DNA from: Vulcanimicrobiota bacterium
GTDB taxonomy: Bacteria; Vulcanimicrobiota; Vulcanimicrobiia; Vulcanimicrobiales; Vulcanimicrobiaceae
Assembly (NCBI GenBank): GCA_027306845.1
Contig: DAHUYY010000001.1
Location: forward strand, 1-29,346
DNA length: 29,346 bases
Direction of reading: 5' to 3'
The translations under genes and the position numbers were made by a program. The notes under the pieces were generated by a model, which searched no databases, was not told where the DNA came from, and saw only the letters and a program-made list of their open reading frames with translations. Of the stretch, positions 16,925-24,774 are shown in pieces. Position 1 is the first letter of the stretch. The number at the start of each line of letters is the position of its first letter.

Positions 16925-17767
16925 GTGGAGTACGAAACGCTCGTCGAAATCGAGACGCTACGGTCGCATTTGCACGACCCCGCCTGGGTCGTCATCGACT
17001 GCCGCCATTCGCTGGCGAATTTCGCCGCCGGGCGTGCCGCCTACGCGGAGGCGCACCTTCCCGGTGCAGCCTTTGCCGATGTCGAACGCGATCTCAGCGG
17101 CGAAAAAAACGGGAGCAACGGCCGCCATCCGCTTCCCGATCGTCGCGATTTCGCCGCGTTTCTCGGGAGAATCGGCGCCGACGAGCGCAGCCAAATCGTC
17201 GCGTACGACGAAGGCGCGGGCATGTTCGCCGCGCGTTGTTGGATGCTGGTGCGCAATCTCGGGCACGCGCGGGTCGCGATTCTCGACGGCGGCTTTGCGG
17301 CGTGGGAGCGCTCGGGAGCGCCGACCGAACGCGGAGCAGATCGACGCGCGCGAATCGCGCGCCACTTCCCCATCGGTGCACCGCTCGATCCCGTCGTCAC
17401 CGCCGCCGAACTCTTGCGCGAGGTCGACGGTGGTTCGCTGCTACCGGTCGATGCGCGCGCCCCGGAGCGCTTTCGCGGCGAGAGCGAACCGATCGATCCG
17501 GTCGCCGGGCACATTCCCGGAGCGAAAAACCGTCCGTATGGTGCGAACTACCGCAGCGACGGGCACCTGCGCTCGGCGCAGGAGTTACGGGTCGAGTTTG
17601 AAGTGCTTGGCGAACCGGATCGCCTGGTGCATTATTGCGGCTCCGGCATCTCTGCAGCGGCGAACCTCTTTGCGGCGACCGCAGCCGGCCTTCCCGGCGG
17701 CCGCATCTATGCCGGCTCCTGGAGCGAATGGTGCGCGGATCCGGCGCGCCCGGTCGAGCGCGGCTAA
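16925..17767 (+). CDS. sseA: Two-domain rhodanese sulfurtransferase (SseA/3-mercaptopyruvate type)
   Basis: 280 aa; HLPGA, GRHPLP, DARAPERF.G..EPIDPVAGHIPGA, active-site HYCGSGISA, YAGSWSEW. Confidence 0.88.
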   Translation: MEYETLVEIETLRSHLHDPAWVVIDCRHSLANFAAGRAAYAEAHLPGAAFADVERDLSGEKNGSNGRHPLPDRRDFAAFLGRIGADERSQIVAYDEGAGMFAARCWMLVRNLGHARVAILDGGFAAWERSGAPTERGADRRARIARHFPIGAPLDPVVTAAELLREVDGGSLLPVDARAPERFRGESEPIDPVAGHIPGAKNRPYGANYRSDGHLRSAQELRVEFEVLGEPDRLVHYCGSGISAAANLFAATAAGLPGGRIYAGSWSEWCADPARPVERG

Positions 17768-18249
17768 ACGCCGCGCCGTAGCGGTGGCGGCACCGCATCG
17801 GGCTGAATGAACGGGCCGACAGGCGAGTCGAGCAGCCGTTCGATCTCCTCCCGCTCGGGAATGCGCGCTCCGTCGCGCGCGGCGGTGACGATACAGTAGA
17901 AGCCGAAGCGCTCCTCGCCGCGATTGATGAATTGGTGGAGTTCGAGCGGGGCGACGTAGACGACGTCGCCGGCGGCAACCTCCTCAACCCGCTCGCCGAC
18001 GACCGCGTGCCCGAGCCCTTGCCCGATAATGACGTAATGCTCGTGCTCGTGGCGTTCGAGGCGCGAAGCCGCACCGGGCTCGAGCTCGAAAAAGCGCAGC
18101 TCGAGTTGCGGACCCGGCGCCCCCGGCTCGGGCTTCCAACCACCGACGATGGTATGGCGTGCGATTCCCACGGCGGCTCCGGGGCGATAGCCCTCGGCCT
18201 CGACCCCTTCCCAACCCGCGCCTTGCTTGTGAATGACCCGTCGCTGCAT
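17764..18249 (-). CDS. Cupin domain protein
   Basis: 161 aa; LRFFELEPG..S.LERHEHEH and P.ELHQF metal-binding motifs. Confidence 0.85.
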   Translation of the reverse strand: MQRRVIHKQGAGWEGVEAEGYRPGAAVGIARHTIVGGWKPEPGAPGPQLELRFFELEPGAASRLERHEHEHYVIIGQGLGHAVVGERVEEVAAGDVVYVAPLELHQFINRGEERFGFYCIVTAARDGARIPEREEIERLLDSPVGPFIQPDAVPPPLRRGV

Positions 18250-18318
18250 GGGCGCTATCCTACCACGTCGGCGGGCGGCGCTCTAGAACATCTCGGTCGA
18301 ACTGCCGATATTGATGGC

Positions 18319-18861
18319 ATGCGCCCGATCGCTCTCTTTGCTTTTTTTGCAAGCCTCGCTATCGCTGCTCTCGCTCTCTCACCGCTCCGAAGTTCCGCTC
18401 GCGCCACGGCCCGAGCCGCCGCGTCCTCCTCCGCAGCGCAAGCGTCGGCGCCGCTCGACGAGTATTTCGGCCGCATGAAGCTGAGCCCGATCGGCATCGG
18501 CAACGAACTGCACCTCATCGCTACGCGCTCGCGAAATGCAAACGACGCGCGAAACTCGCTGCCGTTACTGACGCTCCTCGAAGATTCGATGCACGACTGG
18601 GAGCACCGGTACCCTCATGACGACTGGATTCCCATGAACCTCGCGCGTCTGGAGCACGATTATCTACTCGTTCCAACGTTGGGCGGGCGCATTCATGCGA
18701 TGCACGTGATCGAATGGCTTCGCTCTGATTACCCCGGTAGCCCGGCCCTCGATCGCGCGCAACGCGAAGCGGAGCGAGCGATGGGCATACCGACGCCGAC
18801 TCCATCACCCGTGGCGTCCTCCACCCCTCAACCGGAGGCGAGCGCAACGCCGACGCCGTAG
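18319..18861 (+). CDS. Uncharacterised secreted helical protein
   Basis: 180 aa from ATG 18319; signal-peptide-like N-terminus, APLDEYFGRMKLS motif, Pro/Thr tail. The track's extension to 17932 is antisense to the cupin gene. Confidence 0.7.
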   Translation: MRPIALFAFFASLAIAALALSPLRSSARATARAAASSSAAQASAPLDEYFGRMKLSPIGIGNELHLIATRSRNANDARNSLPLLTLLEDSMHDWEHRYPHDDWIPMNLARLEHDYLLVPTLGGRIHAMHVIEWLRSDYPGSPALDRAQREAERAMGIPTPTPSPVASSTPQPEASATPTP

Positions 18862-18870
18862 ACGGCGCTC

Positions 18871-19323
18871 ATGCCGAACTACTGGCTTTTCAAAAGCGAA
18901 CCGCAGAGCTATTCCATCGAGGATCTGCGACGTGACGGAACGACACCATGGAGCGGCGTTCGCAATTATCAGGCGCGCAATTTCATGCAGGCGATGTCGG
19001 TGGGCGACGAGGGTTTCTTCTATCACTCGTCTTGTGCCGTACCCGGGGTGGTCGGCATCTGCCGCGTCGTGCGCGCCGCCTACCCCGATGCAACCGCCTT
19101 CGATTCGCGCAGCGAATATTACGACCCGAAAAGTTTGCCGGACAACCCTCGTTGGTTCAATGTCGATGTAGAGTTCGTCCGTGCGTTTTCCGATGTCGTG
19201 CCGCTGACGCGTCTGCGGGAGATCGCCGCGCTTGCAAAGATGCCGTTGCTGCAGCCCGGCCAGCGCCTTTCGGTGCAACCCGTTCGCGTTGCGGAATGGC
19301 GCGCTATTCTCAAGCTCGCTTGA
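18871..19323 (+). CDS. EVE domain protein (THYN1-like)
   Basis: 150 aa; YWLFKSEP, WSGVRNYQARNFM, FFYHS, DPKS..DNPRW..VDV, RLSVQPV. Confidence 0.93.
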   Translation: MPNYWLFKSEPQSYSIEDLRRDGTTPWSGVRNYQARNFMQAMSVGDEGFFYHSSCAVPGVVGICRVVRAAYPDATAFDSRSEYYDPKSLPDNPRWFNVDVEFVRAFSDVVPLTRLREIAALAKMPLLQPGQRLSVQPVRVAEWRAILKLA

Positions 19324-19337
19324 ACGAAGATGCCTCT

Positions 19338-19403
19338 GCCATCCCGAGTAGCAATATCGCTCCGTCATCCCGAGTAGCAATACCGCTCTGTCATCCCGAG
19401 TAG
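19338..19403 (+). repeat. Three tandem copies of the REP left end (26-bp period)
   Basis: GCCATCCCGAGTAG at 19338, GTCATCCCGAGTAG at 19364 and 19390; spacers CAATATCGCTCC and CAATACCGCTCT. Confidence 0.9.
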
Positions 19404-19478
19404 CCGCGCAGCGGCGTATCGAGGGATACTTCGGCACGGCGCCTCGATACGGCGCTTTCAGCGCCTACTCGGCGTGAC
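19390..19478. repeat. REP-like inverted doublet, copy B (89 bp)
   Basis: GTCATCCCGAGTAG-[CCGC GCA GCGG]-CGTATCGAGG ... CCTCGATACG-[GCGCT TTC AGCGC]-CTACTCGGCGTGAC; same conserved arms as copy A with different hairpins and central spacer. Confidence 0.9.
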
Positions 19479-19578
19479 AACGCCATACACGGCGCGACAA
19501 CGCCATACGCGGCGTGACAACGCCATACGCGGCGTGAGAACGCCATACGCGGCGTGACAACGTCATACGCGGCGTGAC
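19479..19578 (+). repeat. Five tandem 20-bp units, each ending in the REP right terminus
   Basis: Consensus AACGCCATACGCGGCGTGAC x5 with 0-2 differences per unit; each ends in (C)GGCGTGAC and can fold as ACGCC/GGCGT. Confidence 0.92.
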
Positions 19579-19581
19579 ATT

Positions 19582-19626
19582 AAAAAAGAGCTGGGGTCGC
19601 AAATGCTAGCCCAGCTCTTTTTTTTT
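19582..19626. terminator. Bidirectional intrinsic terminator
   Basis: AAAAAA-GAGCTGGG...CCCAGCTC-TTTTTTTTT between the convergent EVE and TonB-receptor genes. Confidence 0.88.
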
Positions 19627-19656
19627 ATCGACGTCGCGCGCCGATAGCGCTTCGAA

Positions 19657-22521
19657 TTAGAACTTGGTTGAGAGAATGAAGCGATAGGTTGCCGGCCCGA
19701 GCACGTTGCCGACGGTCGCCGCTTGCGAACCGTTGACGAGCGGCACGGGAACGCCGCCTCCATAGACCGGGAAGAGACCGTTGTAGGCGTTGAAGATGTT
19801 ATCCCCGGAGATCTGGAAGTCAAAACGTTTGTTAATCGGCACGCGGACGGTAACGTAACCGATTCCGAACGGCGGACGATTCAACGAGTTGTTATTCCCG
19901 TAAAGCGTGTCGCCGAATGCGGCGTAGAGGCCGCCCTTGGAGCGGAAGTTGAGTTCGAGGTTCGCCTGCGCGTAGGGCAAGCGCGTATTCATCGAACCGA
20001 TCGTGCTGCCGTACCCAATGCCGCCGCCGTTGAAGTTTTGGTTGGCGATGACGTTGAGATTTTGGTTCTGCGTGCAATTCGGTCCGGGAGTGGAGCAATA
20101 GAAGTACTGCGGCAGATTGTACACATAACCACGCGAGAGATCGCCTTCGAGTACGTAGCCGAGTCCGACGTGCGGAAGGCTACGCAAGCCGAGTTCGATT
20201 CCCTGGAAACGCGCGTTGCTCAGGTTCACGTTCGACTGATAGAAGACCGGCGTGTTCCCGGGAGCGACGGGGCTGCACTGTACCTGCGGGCTCGCACAGG
20301 TGTACGGGCTGGGGTACGTCTGGCCGAAGAACTTGTTAAACAAGTTGGTCTGGTAGAGATCGACGGTTGCAACCGAATTTGCCTTCGGCATACGGAAGCT
20401 CGCGCCGAGATCGAAGCCATAGGCCGTCTCGGGTTTAATGCCGCCGTTGTTGGTTTTTAAGGTCGCGATGCCGGTCGACGAGCTGTAGGCCGCCGTCGGG
20501 CTTGCGATCTGGCTAAGCAACAAGAGATATGGCGGTGCGATCGCCGAACCGATCGAAAGGCGGACCGCCGTGTTCGAGTCCGGGCGATACGTCAGTGCGA
20601 AACGGTCGTCGAAATGCGAATTTGTCGTCGAACCGAACGTTACGTTCGAACCGTTGATCGCGCAATTCGAGAAGCCGAACGCAAACGGACACGAGACGGG
20701 GTAAGTGCTGTTGTAGATGTTTTCGTAGAGCGTCGCATAACCGCTCAACTTCGGGTTGATGCGGAAGTGGCCACGCAACGTAAACGTCGTGAACTTCTGC
20801 GCCGAACCGGTCGGCAGGTTGACGCTGACGAACGAGCTCTTCGAGTACGACGTCGTCGTCGAAACGGTCTGGTCGATTCCGAAGCTCAGCGTATTGCTGC
20901 CCATCGGGTGGAGATAGAGGAACGAAATTCCCGAAAGAGCATCTTGCTCGGTCTGCAGATAGCTGCTGTTTATTGCCAGCGTCACCGGGGTGCCGTTGTA
21001 GAAAACCGGCGCAGCCGCGCAGACGTTGTTCGTGATTTTCGCCGGGCACGCGGAACCATAAAGGGTCTGCGACACCAAACTCGGCGTGCCGTTGGGGTTG
21101 CCTTCCGTAATCTGGCGCAAGATCGACGCGTGATAGTAGCGCGCGAGCACCGTATCGCGGCCGAGCGTCGAGCGAATCTCGCCTTGCAGAATCGGCTCGT
21201 TATTGATCTCTTGGTCGGTACCGCCGACATGCAGATAATTCACGCCGAGCCCGCCTGAAGCGAGGCTTCCGGTGTATCCGGCGAGCGGCGAGAAGGTGCC
21301 GAGGGTCAAGTTTCCGGTATTGCCGTTCTGATCGGAGAACGTCTGCGAGCCGAGGTAGCTCACCGTTGCCGTCGTCGCTTCGGAGAGCTTATAACGGAAC
21401 TTCACCAGCTCGGCGGTCTGCGTGTATTGACCCTGAACGTTGTAGCAGCAAGCGACGAGCGGATAGATCGTCTGAATGCTCGACGACGTTCCAGGAATCG
21501 TCGTATAGGTGCTTGCACCGTTGAAGCCGTTAATCGACTTGCCGAGACCGGTGTCGACATTACCGCTTGGGTCGTAATAAACTTGCTGGTTGTTAAGCAC
21601 CGACGGATCGTCAACCGTTGCCACGTCGAAGACCAGGCCAAGGCGACTCACGGTATCGGAGAATCCGAAATTCGAGAACGTGCCGCCATGATTGGTAACG
21701 CCGATTGCGATGTCGGGGGTTGGCTTGTACGTCGGGTCTTTCGTGCGGAAGTTCAAGGTACCGCCGATAGCGTAGTTGACGGGAACGGTCGCACCGGGTC
21801 CCTTCACGACTTCGGTGTTCGAGAACATATACGCATTGAGGAACGTCGTCACGTAGTCGCCGTAGGTTCCCACCGAGAGCGGATGCCCGTCGATGAGCGT
21901 GGCGGTTTCAAACGAACCCGCACCGCGAATATTGGGAACGGTGATCGAGCCCGGAATCGCAGCGTTTGCGCTGCTCGAGGGGAAGGAGATCTGCACGCCC
22001 GGCACTTGGCTGAGCACGCGCGTCACCTGAACCGCGCCCTGATTTGCATAGACCGCCGAAGAGACGACGCTCACCGCAGCCGGGGTGGTGTTAAACGTTC
22101 CGCGCCCGACCGCCCGAACGGTGGCGATCGTCCGCAGCGAAGAGAACGTCGCTGCGTGCATCGTCACAACGACGCTTTGCGTCTGCCCGGCAACGACGGT
22201 GTAGTCGGTATCGGTCGCCGTCTGATAGCCCGGCTTCGTAACGATAATTTCGTAGACGCCCGGCGCGATACCGGAGACGGTAAAATTGCCCTTCACGTCG
22301 GATAGGGCATAATAGCTCTTGGGGCCGCGGACGGCGATCGTCGCCCCCGCAACCGGAGCACCGGAGACATCGTGGAGCGAACCGCTCACCGATCCGGTGC
22401 TTTGAGATTCAGCCTGTGCGACGAGGCGATGCGACGCGCTCCGAACCGTTGCCGCACTGACGGGTCCAACGGTGAACGCGGCGATGGCCGCGACGAGCAG
22501 GAGTCGAGTGAGTGTACTCAG
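19657..22521 (-). CDS. TonB-dependent receptor with N-terminal carboxypeptidase-regulatory-like domain (probable CTG start, 954 aa)
   Basis: SGSLHD.SGAPVAGATI...G.FTVSGIAPGVYEI.V.KPGY N-domain, plug-like region (TLIDGHP, EVVKGPGA), beta-rich body, C-terminal Phe. The signal peptide lies upstream of the track's GTG 22389. Confidence 0.85.
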   Translation of the reverse strand: MSTLTRLLLVAAIAAFTVGPVSAATVRSASHRLVAQAESQSTGSVSGSLHDVSGAPVAGATIAVRGPKSYYALSDVKGNFTVSGIAPGVYEIIVTKPGYQTATDTDYTVVAGQTQSVVVTMHAATFSSLRTIATVRAVGRGTFNTTPAAVSVVSSAVYANQGAVQVTRVLSQVPGVQISFPSSSANAAIPGSITVPNIRGAGSFETATLIDGHPLSVGTYGDYVTTFLNAYMFSNTEVVKGPGATVPVNYAIGGTLNFRTKDPTYKPTPDIAIGVTNHGGTFSNFGFSDTVSRLGLVFDVATVDDPSVLNNQQVYYDPSGNVDTGLGKSINGFNGASTYTTIPGTSSSIQTIYPLVACCYNVQGQYTQTAELVKFRYKLSEATTATVSYLGSQTFSDQNGNTGNLTLGTFSPLAGYTGSLASGGLGVNYLHVGGTDQEINNEPILQGEIRSTLGRDTVLARYYHASILRQITEGNPNGTPSLVSQTLYGSACPAKITNNVCAAAPVFYNGTPVTLAINSSYLQTEQDALSGISFLYLHPMGSNTLSFGIDQTVSTTTSYSKSSFVSVNLPTGSAQKFTTFTLRGHFRINPKLSGYATLYENIYNSTYPVSCPFAFGFSNCAINGSNVTFGSTTNSHFDDRFALTYRPDSNTAVRLSIGSAIAPPYLLLLSQIASPTAAYSSSTGIATLKTNNGGIKPETAYGFDLGASFRMPKANSVATVDLYQTNLFNKFFGQTYPSPYTCASPQVQCSPVAPGNTPVFYQSNVNLSNARFQGIELGLRSLPHVGLGYVLEGDLSRGYVYNLPQYFYCSTPGPNCTQNQNLNVIANQNFNGGGIGYGSTIGSMNTRLPYAQANLELNFRSKGGLYAAFGDTLYGNNNSLNRPPFGIGYVTVRVPINKRFDFQISGDNIFNAYNGLFPVYGGGVPVPLVNGSQAATVGNVLGPATYRFILSTKF

Positions 22522-22527
22522 AGCAAA

Positions 22528-22533
22528 CCTCCT
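22528..22533 (-). promoter_or_regulatory. Shine-Dalgarno AGGAGG, 6 nt before the in-frame CTG at 22521
   Basis: Minus strand reads AGGAGG-TTTGCT-CTG-AGT-ACA-CTC. Confidence 0.75.
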
Positions 22534-22621
22534 GTGAGAAACGAGAAATTCAAGGCCGCGCCGTCGTGCGGCGGACGCCCCCGAACATCGCTGAGTTTAA
22601 CCTGAAAAGATTAGGGGCAGA

Positions 22622-24730
22622 TTAAGAAAGCGAGCGCTCGCGCCGCCGGAGCAGCTCGCCCTGAGCGTCGATTCCGGCCCCTGGGCGGAGCGCCAGGTGC
22701 CGATAGGTGCCCTCGGGGAGCAATTCCCGCGAGTGCTGCGTATCGGCAAAGAGCACCGAGGCCAGCAGCCGGTCGAGCTCCTCGGCCATCTCGCGCTCCT
22801 CGATCGGGACGGCGAGCTCGACCCGACGGTCGAGGTTGCGCCCCATCCAGTCCGCACTGCCGATGAAGAGCTTTCGGTCACCGCCATCGGTGAAGGAAAA
22901 GAGCCGCGAATGTTCGAGAAAGCGCCCGACGATCGAGCGCACGCGAATGCTCTCGCTCAGGCCGGGAACGCCCGGCCGTAGCGTGCACATTCCGCGCACG
23001 AGAAGATCGATCGGCACCCCCGCTTGCGAGGCGCGATAGAGCGCGCGCACCACCTCTTTATCGGTGAGCGCATTGAGCTTGGCGCGAATTCCGCAGGGGC
23101 GCCCCGCCTCGGCGTGCTCGGTCTCGCGATCGATCGCCGCAAGAATTTCGCGGCGCAGCGTGACCGGAGCGACGAGTAACTCGTCGTAGTCGGTGACTTT
23201 CGCAAAACCCGTGAGCGCATTGAACATCTGTGCGAGATCGGACCCCAGCCTCGCTCGCGCCGTGAACAGGCTGAAATCCGTATAGAGTCGCGCGCTTTTT
23301 TCGTTGTAGTTGCCGGTGCCGAAATGCATGTAACGCCGTATGCCGTCCTCGTCCTCGCGCACGACCAACAATGCCTTGGCATGAACTTTTAGCCCCGGGA
23401 AACCATACACGACGTGGACGCCGGCACGTTCGAGGCGGCGCGCCCATTCGATATTATTTTCTTCGTCGAAACGTGCCTTGAGTTCGATGACGACGGCGAC
23501 CTGTTTTTCGTTCTCGGCTGCCTCCAGCAAGGCACGCACGATCGGCGAGTCGCTTCCCGAAGTTCGGTAGAGCGTCGCCTTAATCGCCAACACGCGATCG
23601 TCGTTTGCGGCGGCCTGCACGAACTGCACGACCGGATCGAACGAATCGTAGGGATGGTGCAACAGAATGTCGCCTTCGCGAATCGCCGCGAAAATATCGC
23701 TTACACCACGGAGCCGCAGCGGAATCGCCGGTGTAAACGGCTGGTCTCGTAACTCGTCGTGCCCCGCTTGACGGTATAGCGACATTAAATCGCTCAATCC
23801 CATCAGGCCGTCAATATCGTAGCAATCTTCTTCTCGAAGATCGAGCGCATCGAGTAAAAACGCGCGCAGATTTTCTGGTATACCGCGTTCCACTTCCAAA
23901 CGCACGGGTTCGCCGAAACGACGCTTCTGCAATTCCGATTCGATCGCTTGCAATAAATCGTCGGCTTCGTCTTCTTGCAAGTCGAGGTCGGCGTCGCGCG
24001 TCACTCGAAATAAATATGAAGCGCGCACCGTCATACCGGGAAACAAGGCGTCTAAATGATGCGCGATCGCATCTTCGATCAGCACAAAACTCCGCGCCCC
24101 CGAAGCAGTTTCAGGAATTTCAATAAATCGCGGCAAGGTCGGCGGTATTTTCACCCGGGCGAAATGTACGTCGATTCCGTCGGGCGTCACTTCTTCAAGT
24201 TCGACCGCTAACGAGAGCGAGAGATTCGAAATATACGGAAACGGGTGTCCGCTATCCACGGCGAGCGGCGTAAGCACGGGAAACACGCGTTCGTCGAAGA
24301 CGTGCTCGACGGTGCGAGCGCGTTCTTCATCGAGGTCGGTAACGCTAAGGATCCGTACGCCTTTTTCCGCTATCGCAGGGAGAATCTCGTCGCGTAACAC
24401 TTTCATTTGCTGCGGCAGCGTCTCGCGAATATAATCCGAGATTGCCTGAAAGTGCTCGGCCGGTAGCCGCCCGTCGTCGGAACGCGTGGTTACGCCGGCG
24501 GCGATCTGCTGTTTGATCGCGGCGACCCGGATCATAAAAAACTCATCGAGGTTCGTTCCGAATATCGAGACGAACTTTAAGCGCTCCAGCAACGGATTCT
24601 TCGAATCGAGCGCCTCTTCGAGGACGCGATCGTTGAAGGCCAGCCACGAAAGTTCGCGGCTGAAAAAAAGCTCGGCATCGCCCCGTTCCGCGTTTTGCGG
24701 CGGAATCGCGGCTTCGAATCTCTGGAGCAT
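22622..24730 (-). CDS. ppk1: Polyphosphate kinase 1
   Basis: FFSRELSWLAFNDRVL, NLDEFFMIRVA, LTPLAVD.GHPFP, LLHHPYDSF, ELKARFDEENN, HFGTGNYN, VGRFLEHSR. ATG 24730 (702 aa) preferred; TTG 24775 is an alternative that would overlap the divergent start. Confidence 0.96.
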   Translation of the reverse strand: MLQRFEAAIPPQNAERGDAELFFSRELSWLAFNDRVLEEALDSKNPLLERLKFVSIFGTNLDEFFMIRVAAIKQQIAAGVTTRSDDGRLPAEHFQAISDYIRETLPQQMKVLRDEILPAIAEKGVRILSVTDLDEERARTVEHVFDERVFPVLTPLAVDSGHPFPYISNLSLSLAVELEEVTPDGIDVHFARVKIPPTLPRFIEIPETASGARSFVLIEDAIAHHLDALFPGMTVRASYLFRVTRDADLDLQEDEADDLLQAIESELQKRRFGEPVRLEVERGIPENLRAFLLDALDLREEDCYDIDGLMGLSDLMSLYRQAGHDELRDQPFTPAIPLRLRGVSDIFAAIREGDILLHHPYDSFDPVVQFVQAAANDDRVLAIKATLYRTSGSDSPIVRALLEAAENEKQVAVVIELKARFDEENNIEWARRLERAGVHVVYGFPGLKVHAKALLVVREDEDGIRRYMHFGTGNYNEKSARLYTDFSLFTARARLGSDLAQMFNALTGFAKVTDYDELLVAPVTLRREILAAIDRETEHAEAGRPCGIRAKLNALTDKEVVRALYRASQAGVPIDLLVRGMCTLRPGVPGLSESIRVRSIVGRFLEHSRLFSFTDGGDRKLFIGSADWMGRNLDRRVELAVPIEEREMAEELDRLLASVLFADTQHSRELLPEGTYRHLALRPGAGIDAQGELLRRRERSLS

Positions 24731-24774
24731 CGTTCTCGCGGGATTCGCCGAGCGCGAGCGAAACTCTAGCCGCA

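Noticed and set aside
16925-17767. Sulfurtransferase as the EanB partner of the EgtD-like enzyme (anaerobic ergothioneine route)
   Set aside because: It has the size and motifs of a two-domain SseA-type enzyme, is 10 kb away and sits in the bolA-grxD operon.
18871-19323. EVE gene as part of an anti-phage system
   Set aside because: No restriction, nuclease, toxin or methylase genes nearby.
19338-19578. CRISPR array
   Set aside because: Repeats are 14 or 20 nt, the intervening sequences are 10-12 nt and nearly identical, and no cas genes are present; the same holds for 10150-10211.
22534-22621. Cobalamin or other riboswitch upstream of the TonB receptor
   Set aside because: Under 90 nt and no B12-box or other motif recognised.
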